From NCBI RefSeq assembly GCF_009914755.1, contig NC_060948.1: 64,000 bases of DNA. One strand, written 5' to 3'. This document shows, piece by piece, positions 20,652 to 35,900 of the stretch. The notes beneath the pieces were generated by a model, which worked only from the letters and a program-made list of their open reading frames with translations, was not told where the DNA came from and ran no database searches. Numbering within the stretch: position 1 is the stretch's first letter; each line of letters starts with the position of its first letter. The translations under genes and the position numbers were made by a program. Source of the stretch: the human T2T-CHM13v2.0 reference genome, Homo sapiens.

Positions 20652-22181
20652 ACATACGTATACATTATGTATATAATAATATACACTATCATATATATAA
20701 TATATATAACCTATGTATAATATTGTTTTACATCCTGCATCTTATATTATATATATTATATGTAATATAATAATTGATAATATATAAGTTTATATTTATA
20801 CAATATGACATATAATATATATTATATTTTATGACATATATAATATAGATTATATATCATATATAGAATATACTATACGGTTAATATACGTATTAAATAT
20901 ATAATATACATTATATATATTATATCTATGTTATATATAACATTAACTATAGATAATATATATATTATATCTAGCTTATATATAATATAAAATAACAGAT
21001 AATTATATATAATTGTATATATAAAATATGACATATAATATATATTATATTTTATGACATATATATCATATATATTATATATTATATATAATATGTTGTA
21101 TGTATAATACATATATTATATATATATTATAAGTCTAAATTATTAATTATATGTAATATATGTTATATAGTACATATTTTACATTTCATACACATGTTAC
21201 ATACAATATATACTATGTTACATGTTACCTAGAATTTATTATATATAATATAATGTATGTCATATATTATATATACTTTATAGTATGCATTATGTGGAAT
21301 GTGATATATATAACATGTAATATATGATATATGATATACGATATATGATATATAATATACAATATATGATACATTTTATATATGGTATACAATATATATT
21401 TTATGATATATATTATATATGTTTTATATTATATTATACATAACAATTTAATTATATATAGCTCTATAATATTGTAGGTAAATATATAATATAATACATA
21501 TAACCATATATTATGTTATTTATAATTTTATTACGTACTTTCAATAATATATCATAATATAATATATATTATATTATATTATTTTATATTACATAATATA
21601 TATTATATATCACATAGTATGTGTTACATACATAATATTTAAATATATATTATATTATGATATATTAAATATTATATATATTATGTATGCTATACTGTAT
21701 AATATATATTATATATTATATAATATGCAGGGTGTCTATTATATGATATATATTATAATATATATAATTATATTATACATATAACGATATAAATATGTAA
21801 TTATATTTAACATTATTTATATTACATATAGTTATATAATCATATATAATAATTTATATTATAAAAATAATTATATCATTATATAAATTATAGTATATAT
21901 AAATTATAATATGTGATAAATAATATATATTATATATCATATATGATATAGCATATATGTTATATATCATATTATATATCAATTTACGTTATGATATCTA
22001 TAATTATATATTTTCATATATAAGATGTATAATATGAATTATATATTATATATGTTATTAAATATATACTTTATATAAAATGACACAGGATAAATGTTAT
22101 ATATTATGCCATATGATATATATGCGGTTATATATTATATATGAAGCATATTACATAACATATAATATATATCATATATAA
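20652..22181. repeat. Diverged AT-rich segment, unit 9
   Basis: Colinear with the standard AT-rich block but with many substitutions and indels; period 2389. Confidence 0.9.
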
Positions 22182-22473
<292 letters not shown>

Positions 22474-23040
22474 AGATCCATATTTTTTAAATGAAAAAAA
22501 ATTTCAAAGTTATTCTGCTTGGTACAATAATCAAATATATAAACTGAGGGTTAAAACATAACCTTGGAACATATTTATAAGTGCATATGGATAATACAGA
22601 GGATAATTTTTTAAATAACATATTTTGAAAGCCTTAACTAGTAATTTGAAGAGTTGGCATTTGAAAGGCCAGTATGAATGTACCTTCAAAGCAGCAACAC
22701 AGGTTCCCCATGAGAAAAATCAAACTTAGGGAAAATAAAACCACAAAGGTTCAATCTTTTCTGACCTTTGAAAGACACAGCACAGACAGTGGTCCTTAGG
22801 ACGAAGAGCAGGAGACCCCTAATTCCGTCACCATGGCGATAGGTCATAAACATTGCTGGGTGAGGGCACAATCCACATTGTGAGGTCCAACTTCCGCCAG
22901 GAAGACAGGAGTGCTTTTACATAGACCCAAAGGTCATTGAAGGCTCAGTGTTTTGTTTCAAAAACTGAATCCCAAGCCCACACGTTATTATGCTGTGCTT
23001 CTTAAAAAAAGTTATGAGATGGGAAATAGGGCACCCACAA
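22474..23040. repeat. Diverged HSATI-like segment, unit 10
   Basis: Colinear with 776-1342 with many substitutions. Confidence 0.8.
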
Positions 23041-23946
23041 TTATATCTATACATTATGTATATAATAATATATAGAATCATATATATAATATATGTAACA
23101 TATATATATAATACTGTTTTACATCCTGCAGTTATATTATATATATTATATGTATTATAATAACTGGTAATGTATAAGTATTATATGTATACACTATGAC
23201 ATATAATAATTATATTTTATGCCGTATATAATATATATTATATATCATATACAAAATATATTATATGGTTAATATACGTATTAAATATATAATATACATT
23301 ATAAATATTATATCTACCTTATATATAACATTCACTATAGTTAATATATATATTATATCTAGCTTATATATAATATAAAATAACATATAATAATATATAA
23401 CTGTATATATAAAATATGACATATAATATATATTATATTTTATGACATATATATGATATGTATTATATATTATATATAATATGTTGTAAGTATAATACAT
23501 GTATTAAATATATATTATATGTCTATGTTATTAATTATATGTAATATATGTTATATATTACATATTTGATATAGAATACACATGTTACATAGAATATATT
23601 CTATGTTACATATAACGTAGAATTTATTATGTGTAATATAATGTATGGCATATATTATAAATTCCTTATAATATACAATATGTGGAATGTGATATATATA
23701 ACTTGTAATATATGATATATGATATAAAATATATGTTATATAACATACAATATATGATACATAATATATATGGTATAGAATATATATTTTATGTTATATA
23801 TTATATATGTTTTATATTTTATTATATATAAATATTTAAAATTATATATAACTGTATAATGTTATACGTAAATATATAATATACTACATATAACCATATA
23901 TTATGTTATATAAAATTTTATTACATACTTTCCATAATATATCATA
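23041..23946. repeat. Truncated diverged AT-rich segment ending at the DYZ2/DYZ1 junction
   Basis: Aligns to 20652-21556 and stops at ...ATAATATATCATA. Confidence 0.9.
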
Positions 23947-26724
23947 TGGACTCCTTTGGAATGGTCTAGTATGCAATGCAATCGACTGGCAGGGAATTAA
24001 AAGGAATGCAATCGAATGGATTGCACAGGAATGCAATGGACTCGAATAGATTGGAAACAGAATGCAAAGGAATGGAATGGAATAGTATGGAATGGAATGG
24101 AAAGGAATGGAGTGGAATAGACTAGAGTAGAATGGAATTTACTCGAAAGCAATGGACTGGAATAGAACTTTCTTGAATGGGCTGGAATCAAACGGAATGG
24201 AATGCTGTGCAATCAAATAGAATGAAAGAGAATCAAATCCAATCGAATGGATTGGAAAGGAATTGACTGAAATGGAATGGACTAGAATGGAAGGCAAAGG
24301 AATGGAATCTATAGGAATGGACTGTAATGGAATGGAATGGAAGGGATTGGAATGGAATCGAATGGAATGGACTGCAATAGAAAGGATTCGAATGGAATGA
24401 AAAAGAATTGAATGGAATAGAACAGAATGGAATCAAATCGAATGAAATGGAATGGAATAGAAAGGATTCGAAAGGAATGCAATCGAACGGAATGGAATCG
24501 AACGGAATGGAATAAAATGGAAGAAAACTGGCAAGAAATGGAATCGAAATGAATGGAGTGTTATGGAACGGACTCAAAAGGAATTGAATGTAATAGAATG
24601 GAGTGGAGTGGACTCGAATATAATGGACTGGAATGGAATGAAATCACATGGAATGGGAACGAATGGAATGGAATGGAAAGGAATGGAATCGAATGGAAAG
24701 GAATCGAATGGAAGGGAATGAAATTGAATCAACAGGAATGGAAGGGAATAGAATAGACGGTAATGGAATGGACTCGAATAGAATGGACACGAATGCTCAA
24801 ATTGAATGGACTCGAATGGAATGGAAACGAAAGGAATGTCATCGAATGTAATTGAATCGATTGGAATGAAATCGCATAGAATGGAGTGGAATCAAATGGA
24901 ATTGAGTCGAAAGGAAAGGAAGCGAATGGACTGAAATGAAATGGAATGGAATTGAATGGAAAGTAATGCAATGGAATAGAATGGAACGAAATTTCACGGA
25001 ATGGAATCAAACTGAATGGAATCAAATCAATGGAATCAAATCAAATGGAATGGAAAGGAATTGAATGGAGTAGATGGGATTGGATGGGATTGGAATGAAA
25101 TGTACTGGAAAGGACTCGAATTTCATGAAACGGAATGGAATGAATTGGAACGGAATGGACTCGAATGGAATGGAATGTCATGGAATGGCATCAAATGGAA
25201 TGGCATCAAATGGAATGGAATCGAATGCAATGGAATGCTATGGAATGGAATGGAATGCATTGGAATGGAATGTCCTCTAATGGAATGGATTCGAGTGGAA
25301 TGGAATCGAATATAATGGAGTCGAATGAAATGGAATTGAAAGGAATGGGATCGAATACCATGTAATATACTGGAATGTAATGTAATGAACTCGAATGTAA
25401 TTGACTGGAATGGAATGTACATGAATGGAATGTAATCGAATGGAAAGTAATCCAATGGAATAGAATCTAATGCAATAAAATCGACTCAAATAGAATAGAA
25501 TGTAATGGAATGGAGTGCAGAGCAATGGAATGGAATGGAATGGAATGCAGTGGAATGGAATGGAATGGAATGCAATGGAATGGAATGTATTAGAATGTAA
25601 TGAACATTAATGGAATGTACTCGAATGGATTCGACTGGAATGGAATGTTCTGGAAGTTTATGGACTCCAATGGAATAGATTCGAAAGGAATGGAATCGAA
25701 CGGAATGGAATCTAATGGAATGGAATTAAATGGAAATGAATCAAATTGAATAGCACGGAATTGAATTGAATGGAATAGAATGCAATGGAATCTAATGAAA
25801 CAGAAAGGAAAGGAATGGAATGGAATGGAATGGGCTGGAATGGAATGGAATCGAAACGAATGGAATGGAATCGAACTAAAGAGACTGGAATGGAATGCAC
25901 TGGAATGGAAGGGAGTGTAATGGAAGGTTCTCGAAAAAAATGGAATCGAATGGAATGGAATTGAATGGAACGGAATAGAGTCGAATGGAATTGAATGGAA
26001 TGGAATGGACTAGAGTGAAATGGAATCGAACCACAAGGAATGGACAGGAATAGAATGGTCTCGAATTGAATGGAATCGTATGGAATGGCATCAAACGGAA
26101 TGGAATGGACAGCCACGGAATGGAATGCACTCGAATGCAATGGAGTCGAAACTAATGGACTGGAATAGAATGGACTCGACTGGTACGGACTCCAATGGAA
26201 TGGAATCGAATGGAAGGGAATCGAACAGAATGGACTCGAAGGGAAAAGACTGCAATGGAAAGGTCTCGAATGGAATGGAAATTAATGGAATGGAATGGAA
26301 TCGAATGAAGTGGAGTCAAAAGGAATGGAATCGAATGGCAAGAAATCGAATGTAATGGAATCGCAAGGAATTGATGTGAACGGAACGGAATGGAATGGAA
26401 TCCAAAGGAATGGAATAGAATGGAATGGAATCAAATGGAAAGGACTCGAATGGAAATCACTCGAATAGAATGCAATTTAATAAAATAGGATCAAATGTAA
26501 TGGAATGGAATGGAAAGGAATCGAAACGAAAGGAATGGAGACAGATGGAATGGAATGGAACAGAGAGCAATGGTATAGAATGGAATGGAATCATCTGGAA
26601 TGGAATTGAATGGAATGCAATAACATGAAATGGAATGGAATGGAATGGAATGCCCTTGAATTAAATGGACTGGAATGGAATGGACTCGAACAGAGTGTAA
26701 TGGAAAGTGTTGAAATAGAATGGA
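23946..26724 (+). repeat. First DYZ1 unit, shortened to 2779 bp
   Basis: Landmark spacing 2779 versus 3544 for the next unit; 680-bp deletion near 25520-25585 plus several 15-25 bp deletions. Confidence 0.9.
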
Positions 26725-26942
26725 ATGGACTCGTTTGGAATGGTCTAGTATGCAATGCAATCGACTGGCAGGGAATCAAAAGGAATGTAATCGAATGGAT
26801 TGGACTGGAATGCAATGGACTCGAATAGATTGGAAACGGAATGCAAAGGAATGGAATGGAATAGTATGGAATGGAATGGAAAGGAATGGAGTGGAATAGA
26901 CTAGAGTGGAATGGAATGGACTCAAAAGCAATGGACTGGAAT

Positions 26943-26957
26943 GGAACTTTCTTGAAT
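26943..26957. promoter_or_regulatory. Consensus heat-shock element A (gGAActTTCttGAAt), one per DYZ1 unit
   Basis: Exact nGAAnnTTCnnGAAn match; binding not shown by the sequence. Confidence 0.45.
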
Positions 26958-29185
26958 GGACTGGAATCAAACGGAATGGAATGCAATGCAATCAAATGGC
27001 ATGGAATAACATAGAATGAAAGAGAATCAAATGGAATTGAATGGAATGGAATCGAATGGATTGGAAAGGAATAGAATGGAATGGAATGGAATTGACTCAA
27101 ATGGAATGGACTAGAATGGAATGGATTCGAATGGAAGGCAAAGGAATGGAATCTATTGGAATGGACTGTAATGGAATGGAATGGAAGGGATTGGAATGGA
27201 CTCGAATGGAATGGACTGCAATAGAAAGGATTCGAATGGAATGAAAAAGAATTGAATGGAATAGAACAGAATGGAATCAAATCGAATGAAATGGAATGGA
27301 ATAGAAAGGAATGGAATGAAATGGAATGGAAAGGATTCGAATGGAATGCAATCGAATGGAATGGAATCGAATGGAATGGAATAAAATGGAAGAAAACTGG
27401 CAAGAAATGGAATCGAAATGAATGGAGTGTTATGGAACGGACTCAAAAGGAATTGAATGTAATAGAATTGAGTGAAGTGGACTCGAATATAATGGACTGG
27501 AATGGAATGAAATCACATGGAATGGGAACGAATGGAATGGAATGGAAAGGAATGGAATCGAATGGAAAGGAATGGAATGGAAGGGAATGAAACTGAATCA
27601 ACAGGAATGGAAGGGAGTAGAATAGACGGTAATGGAATGGACTCGAATAGAATGGACACGAATGCACAAATTGAATGGACTCGAATGGAATGGAAACGAA
27701 AGGAATGTCATCGAATGGAATTGAATCGATTGGAATGAAATCGCATAGAATGGAGTGGAATCAAATGGAATTGAATCGAAAGGAAAGGAAGCGAATGGAC
27801 TGAAATGGAATGGAATGGAATGGAAAGTAATGCAATGGAATAGAATGGAACGAAATTTCACGGAATGGAATCAAACTGAATGGAATCAAATCAATGGAAT
27901 ATAATCAAATGGAATGGAAAGGAATTGAATGGAGTAGATTGGATTGGATGGGATTGGAATGAAATGGAATGGAAAGGACTCGAATTTCATGAAACGGAAT
28001 GGAATGAATTGGAACGGAATGGACTCGAATGGAATGGAATGTCATGGAATTGCATCAAATGGAATGGCATCAAAGGGAATGGAATCGAATGCAATGGAAT
28101 GCTATGGAATGGAATGGAATGCATTGGAATGGAATGTCCTCTAATGGAATGGATTCGAGTGGAATGGAATCGAATATAATGGAGTCGAATGAAATGGAAT
28201 TGAAAGGAATGGGATCGAATACAATGGAATATACTGGAATGTAACGTAATGAACTCGAATGTAATTGACTGGAATGGAATGTACACGAATGGAATGTAAT
28301 CGAATGGAAAGTAATCCAATGGAATAGAATGTAATGCAATAAAATCGACTCAAATAGAATAGAATGCAATGGAATGGAGTGCAGTGCAATGGAATGGAAT
28401 GGAATGGAATGCAATGGAATGGAATGGAATGGAATGGAATGCAATGGGATGGAATGGTATGGAATGGATAGTAATGGACTGGAGTGAAATGGACTGGAAA
28501 GGAATGGACTCAAATTGAAAGGTCTCGAAAGGAATGGAGTCAAATGGAATGGTCTGGAATGGAATGAACACGAATGTAATGCAATCCAATAGAATGGAAT
28601 CGAATGGCATGGAATATAAAGAAATGGAATCGAAGAGAATGGAAACAAATGGAATGGAATTGAATGGAATGGAATTGAATGGAATGGGAACGAATGGAGT
28701 GAAATTGTATGCAGTAGAAGAGAATAGAATGGAATGCAAGCGAAAGGAAAGGAATGGATTGGAATGGAATGGAATTCATTGGAATGGAAGGGAATGTAGT
28801 GTAATGGACAGGCCTGGAATAAAGTGGAATGCTACGGTCTCGAATGGAATAAAAATGTATGGAATGGAATGCAATGAAACGGAATCGAATGTCATAGAAT
28901 GTAATGGAATGCAAAAAAATGGAATCCAAAATCATTGACTGGAAAGGCTGGGTGTCGAAAGGAATTGACTCCAATGGAATGGAATCGAATGGAATGGAAG
29001 TGAATAGAATCGAACTAAATCGAATGGAATGGAATTGATAGGAACGGAATGGAAAGGAATGCAATGATTTGGCATGGAATGGAATCGAATGGCATCGAAT
29101 GGAATGGAATGGAATGCAATGGAATGGAATATATTAGAATGTAATGAACTTTAATGGAATGTACTCGAATGGATTCGACTGGAAT

Positions 29186-29200
29186 GGAATGTTCTGGAAG
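29186..29200. promoter_or_regulatory. Consensus heat-shock element B (gGAAtgTTCtgGAAg), one per full DYZ1 unit
   Basis: Exact nGAAnnTTCnnGAAn match; binding not shown by the sequence. Confidence 0.45.
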
Positions 29201-29465
29201 TGAATGGACTCCAATGGAATGGATTCGAAAGGAATGGAATCGTACGGAATGGAATCTAATGGAATGGAATTAAATGGAAATGAATCAAATTGAATAGCAC
29301 GGAATTGAATTGAATGGAATGGAATGCAATGGAATCTAATGAAACGGAAAGGAAAGGAATGGAATGGAATGGAATGGGCTGGAATGGAAAGGAATCGAAA
29401 CGAATGGAATGGAATCGAACTGAAGAGACTGGAATGGAATGCACTGGAATGGAAGGGAGTGTAAT

Positions 29466-29480
29466 GGAAGGTTCTCGAAA
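29466..29480. promoter_or_regulatory. Consensus heat-shock element C (gGAAggTTCtcGAAa), one per DYZ1 unit
   Basis: Exact nGAAnnTTCnnGAAn match; binding not shown by the sequence. Confidence 0.45.
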
Positions 29481-32400
29481 AAAATGGAATCGAATGGAAT
29501 GGAATTGAATGGAACGGAATAGAGTCGAATGGAATTGAATGGAATGGAATGGACTAGAGTGAAATGGAATCGAACCACAAGGAATGGACAGGAATAGAAT
29601 GGTCTCGAATTGAATGGAATCGTATGGAATGGCATCAAACGGAATGGAATGGACAGACACGGAATGGAATGCACTCGAATGCAATGGAGTCGAAACTAAT
29701 GGACTGGAATAGAATGGACTCGACTGGTACGGACTCCAATGGAATGGAATCGAATGCAAGGGAATCGAACGGAATGGACTCGAAGGGAAAAGACTGCAAT
29801 GGAAAGGTCTCGAATGGAATGGAAATTAATGGAATGGATTGGAATCGAATGAAATGGAGTCAAAAGGAATGGAATCGAATGGCAAGAAATCAAATGTAAT
29901 GGAATCGCAAGGAATTGATGTGAACGGAACGGAATGGAATGGAATCCAAAGGAATGGAATAGAATGGAATGGAATCGAATGGAAAGGACTCGAATGGAAA
30001 TCACTCGAATAGAATGCAATTTAATAAAATAGGATCAAATGTAATGGAATGGAATGGAAAGGAATCGAAACGAAAGGAATGGAGACAGATGGAATGGAAT
30101 GGAACAGAGAGCAATGGTATAGAATGGAATGGAATCATCTGGAATGGAATTGAATGGAATGGAATAACATGAAATGGAATGGAATGGAATGGAATGCCCT
30201 TGAATTAAATGGACTGGAATGGAATGGACTCGAACAGAGTGGAATGGAAAGTGTTGAAATATAATGGAATGGACTCCTTTGGAATGGTCTAGTATGCAAT
30301 GCAATCGACTGGCAGGGAATCAAAAGGAATGTAATCGAATGGATTGGACTGGAATGCAATGGATTCGAATAGATTGGAAACGGAATGCAAAGTAATGGAA
30401 AGGAATAGTATGGAATGGAATGGAAAGGAATGGAGTGGAATAGACTAGAGTGGAATGGAATGGACTGGAAAGCAATGGACTGGAATGGAACTTTCTTGAA
30501 TGGACTGGAATCAAACGGAATGGAATGCAATGCAATCAAATGGCATGGAATAAAATAGAATGAAAGAGAATCAAACGGAATTGAATCGAATGGAATCGAA
30601 TGGATTGGAAAGGAATAGAATGGAATGGAATGGAATTGACTCAAATGGAATGGACTAGAATGGAATGGATTCGAATGGAAGGCAAAGGAATGGAATCTAT
30701 TGGAATGGAGTGTAATGGAATGGAATGGAAGGGATTGGAATGGACTCGAATGGAATGGACTGCAATAGAAAGGATTCGAATGGAATGAAAAAGAATTGAA
30801 TGGAATAGAACAGAATGGAATCAAACCTCATGAAATAGAATGGAATAGAAAGGAATGGAATGAAATGGAATGGAAAGGATTCGAATGGAATGCAATCGAA
30901 TGGAATGCAATCGAATGGAATGGAATCGAACGGAATGGAATAAAATGGAAGAAAACTGGCAAGAAATGGAATCGAAATGAATCGAGTGTTATGGATCGGA
31001 CTCAAAAGGAATTGAATGTAATAGAATGGAGTGGAGTGGACTCGAATATAATGGACTGGAATGGAATGAAATCACATGGAATGGGAACGAATGGAATGGA
31101 ATGGAAAGGAATGGAATCGAATGGAAAGGAATCGAATGGAAGGGAATGAAATTGAATCAACAGGAATGGAAGGGAGTAGAATAGACGGTAATGGAATGGA
31201 CTCGAATAGAATGGACACGAATGCTCAAATTGAATGGACTCGAATGGAATGGAAACGAAAGGAATGTCATCGAATGGAATTGAATCGGTTGGAATGAAAT
31301 CGCATAGAATGGAGTGGAATCAAATGGAATTGAATCGAAAGGAAAGGAAGCGAATGGACTGAAATGAAATGGAATGGAATTGAATGGAAAGTAATGCAAT
31401 GGAATAGAATGGAACGAAATTTCACGGAATGGAATCAAACTGAATGGAATCAAATCAATGGAATATAATCAAATGGAATGGAAAGGAATTGAATGGAGTA
31501 GATTGGGTTGGATGGGATTGGAATGAAATGGAATGGAAAGGACTCGAATTTCATGAAACGGAATGGAATGAATTGGAACGGAATGGACTCGAATGGAATG
31601 GAATGACATGGAATGGCAAGAAATGGAATGGCATCAAAGGGAATGGAATCGAATGCAATGGAATGCTATGGAATGGAATGGAATGCATTGGAATGGAATG
31701 TCCTCTAATGGAATGGATTCGAGTGGAATGGAATCTAATATAATGGAGTCGAATGAAATGGAATTGAAAGGAATGGGATCGAATACAATGGAATATACTG
31801 GAATGTAATGTAAAGAACTCGAATGTAATTGAATGGAAAGGAATGTACATGAATGGAATGTAATCGAATGGAAAGTAATCCAATGGAATAGTATCTAATG
31901 TAATAAAATCGACTCAGATAGAGTAGAATGTAATGGAATGGAGTGTAGTGCAATGGAATGGAATGGAATGGAATGCAATGGAATGGAAAGGAATGGAATG
32001 GAATGGAATGGAATGGGATGGAATGGTATGGAATGGATAGTAATGGACTGGAGTGAAATGGACTGGAAAGGAATGGACTCAAATTGAAAGGTCTCGAAAG
32101 GAATGGAGTCAAAAGGAATGGTCTGGAATGGAATGAACACGAATGTAATGCAATCCAATAGAATGGAGTCGAATGGCATGGAATATAAAGAAATGGAATC
32201 GAAGAGAATGGAAACAAATGGAATGGAATTGAATGGAATGGAATTGAATGGAATGGGAAGGAATGGAGTGAAATTGTATGCAGTAGAAGAGAATAGAATG
32301 GAATGCAAGCAAAAGGAAAGGAATGGATTGGAATGGAATGGAATTCATTGGAATGGAAGGGAATGTAGTGTAATGGACAGGCCTGGAATAAAGTGGAATG

Positions 32401-32995
32401 CTACGGTCTCGAATGGAATAAAAATGTATGGAATGGAATGCAATGAAACGGAATCGAATGTCATAGAATGTAATGGAATGCAAAAAAATGGAATCCAAAA
32501 TCACTGACTGGAAAGGCTGGGTGTCGAAAGGAATTGACTCCAATGGAATGGAATCGAATGGAATGGAAGTGAATAGAATCGAACTAAATCGAATGGAATG
32601 GAATTGATAGGAACGGAATGGAAAGGAATGCAATGATTTGGCATGGAATGGAATCGAATGGCATCGAATGGAATGGAATGGAATGCAATGGAATGGAATG
32701 TATTAGAATGTAATGAACTTTAATGGAATGTACTCGAATGGATTCGACTGGAATGGAATGTTCTGGAAGTGAATGGACTCCAATGGAATGGATTCAAAAG
32801 GAATGGAATCGTACGGAATGGAATCTAATGGAATGGAATTAAATGGAAATGAATCAAATTGAATAGCACGGAATTGAATTGAATGGAATGGAATGCAATG
32901 GAATCTAATGAAACGGAAAGGAAAGGAATGGAATGGAATGGAATGGGCTGGAATGGAAAGGAATCGAAACGAATGGAATGGAATCGAACTGAAGA

Positions 32996-35900
32996 GACTG
33001 GAATGGAATGCACTGGAATGGAAGGGAGTGTAATGGAAGGTTCTCGAAAAAAATGGAATCGAATGGAATGGAATTGAATGGAACGGAATAGAGTCGAATG
33101 GAATTGAATGGAATGGAATGGACTAGAGTGAAATGGAATCGAACCACAAGGAATGGACAGGAATAGAATGGTCTCGAATTGAATGGAATCGTATGGAATG
33201 GCATCAAACGGAATGGAATGGACAGACACGGAATGGAATGCACTCGAATGCAATGGAGTCGAAACTAATGGACTGGAATAGAATGGACTCGACTGGTACG
33301 GACTCCAATGGAATGGAATCGAATGGAAGGGAATCGAACGGAATGGACTCGAAGGGAAAAGACTGCAATGGAAAGGTCTCGAATGGAATGGAAATTAATG
33401 GAATGGAATGGAATCGAATGAAATGGAGTCAAAAGGAATGGAATCGAATGGCAAGAAATCGAATGTAATGGAATCGCAAGGAATTGATGTGAACGGAACG
33501 GAATGGAATGGAATCCAAAGGAATGGAATAGAATGGAATGGAATCGAATGGAAAGGACTCGAATGGAAATCACTCGAATAGAATGCAATTTAATAAAATA
33601 GGATCAAATGTAATGGAATGGAATGGAAAGGAATCGAAACGAAAGGAATGGAGACAGATGGAATGGAATGGAACAGAGAGAAATGGTATAGAATGGAATG
33701 GAATCATCTGGAATGGAATTGAATGGAATGGAATAATATGAAATGGAATGGAATGGAATGGAATGTCCTTGAATTAAATGGACTGGAATGGAATGGACTC
33801 GAACAGCGTGGAATGGAAAGTGTTGAAATAGAATGGAATGGACTCGTTTGGAATGGTGTAGTATGCAATGCAATCGACTGGCAGGGAATCAAAAGGAATG
33901 TAATCGAATGGATTGGACTGGAATGCAATGGACTCGAATAGATTGGAAACGGAATGCAAAGGAATGGAATGGAATAGTATGGAATGGAATGGAAAGGAAT
34001 GGAGTGGAATAGACTAGAGTGGAATGGAATGGACTCGAAAGCAATGGACTGGAATGGAACTTTCTTGAATGGACTGGAATCAAACGGAATGGAATGCAAT
34101 GCAATCAAATGGCATGGAATAAAATAGAATGAAAGAGAATCAAACGGAATTGAATCGAATGGAATCGAATGGATTGGAAAGGAATAGAATGGAATGGAAT
34201 GGAATTGACTCAAATGGAATGGACTAGAATGGAATGGATTCGAATGGAAGGCAAAGGAATGGAATCTATTGGAATGGACTGTAATGGAATGGAATGGAAG
34301 GGATTGGAATGGACTCGAATGGAATGGACTGCAATAGAAAGGATTCGAATGGAATGAAAAAGAATTGAATGGAATAGAACAGAATGGAATCAAACCTCAT
34401 GAAATAGAATGGAATAGAAAGGAATGGAATGAAATGGAATGGAAAGGATTCGAATGGAATGCAATCGAATGGAATGCAATCGAATGGAATGGAATCGAAC
34501 GGAATGGAATAAAATGGAAGAAAACTGGCAAGAAATGGAATCGAAATGAATGGAGTGTTAAGGAACGGACTCAAAAGGAATTGAATGTAATAGAATGGAG
34601 TGGAGTGGACTCGAATATAATGGACTGGAATGGAATGAAATCACATGGAATGGGAACGAATGGAATGGAATGGAAAGGAATGGAATCGAATGGAAAGGAA
34701 TCGAATGGAAGGGAATGAAATTGAATCAACAGGAATGGAAGGGAATAGAATAGACGGTAATGGAATGGACTCGAATAGAATGGACACGAATGCTCAAATT
34801 GAATGGACTCGAATGGAATGGAAATGAAAGGAATGTCATCGAATGCAATTCAATCGATTGGAATGAAATCGCATAGGATGGAGTGGAATCAAATGGAATT
34901 GAATCGAAAGGAAAAGAAGCGAATTGACTGAAATGAAATGGAATGGAATTGAATGGAAAGTAATGCAACGGAATAGAATGGAATGAAATTTCACGGAATG
35001 GAATCAAACTGAATGGAATCAAATCAATGGAATATAATCAAATGGAATGGAAAGGAATTGAATGGAGTAGATTGTATTGGATGGGATTGGAATGAAATGT
35101 ACTGGAAAGGACTCGAATTTCATGAAACGGAATGGAATGTATTAGAACGGAATGGACTCGAATGGAATTGAATGTCACGGAATGGCATCAAATGGAATGG
35201 CATCAATTGGAATGGAATCGAATGCAATGGAATGCTATGGAATGGAATGGAATGCATTGGAATGGAATGTCCTCTAATGGAATGGATTCGAGTGGAATGG
35301 AATCGAATATAATGGAGTCTAATGAAATGGAATTGAAAGGAATGGGATCCAATACAATGGAATATACTGGAATGTAATGTAATGAACTCGAATGTAATTG
35401 ACTGGAATGGAATGCACTGGAATGGAAGGGAGTGTAATGGAAGGTTCTCGAAAAAAATGGAATCGAATGGAATGGAATTGAATGGAACGGAATAGAGTCG
35501 AATGGAATTGAATGGAATGGAATGGACTAGAGTGAAATGGAATCGAACCACAAGGAATGGACAGGAATAGAATGGTCTCGAATTGAATGGAATCGTATGG
35601 AATGGCATCAAACGGAATGGAATGGACAGACACGGAATGGAATGCACTCGAATGCAATGGAGTCGAAACTAATGGACTGGAATAGAATGGACTCGACTGG
35701 TACGGACTCCAATGGAATGGAATCGAATGGAAGGGAATCGAACGGAATGGACTCGAAGGGAAAAGACTGCAATGGAAAGGTCTCGAATGGAATGGAAATT
35801 AATGGAATGGAATGGAATCGAATGAAATGGAGTCAAAAGGAATGGAATCGAATGGCAAGAAATCGAATGTAATGGAATCGCAAGGAATTGATGTGAACGG

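Noticed and set aside
32996-35399. Duplication length 2404 is close to the DYZ2 period (~2413)
   Set aside because: There is no sequence relationship; the length is set by the positions of the 15-bp microhomology.
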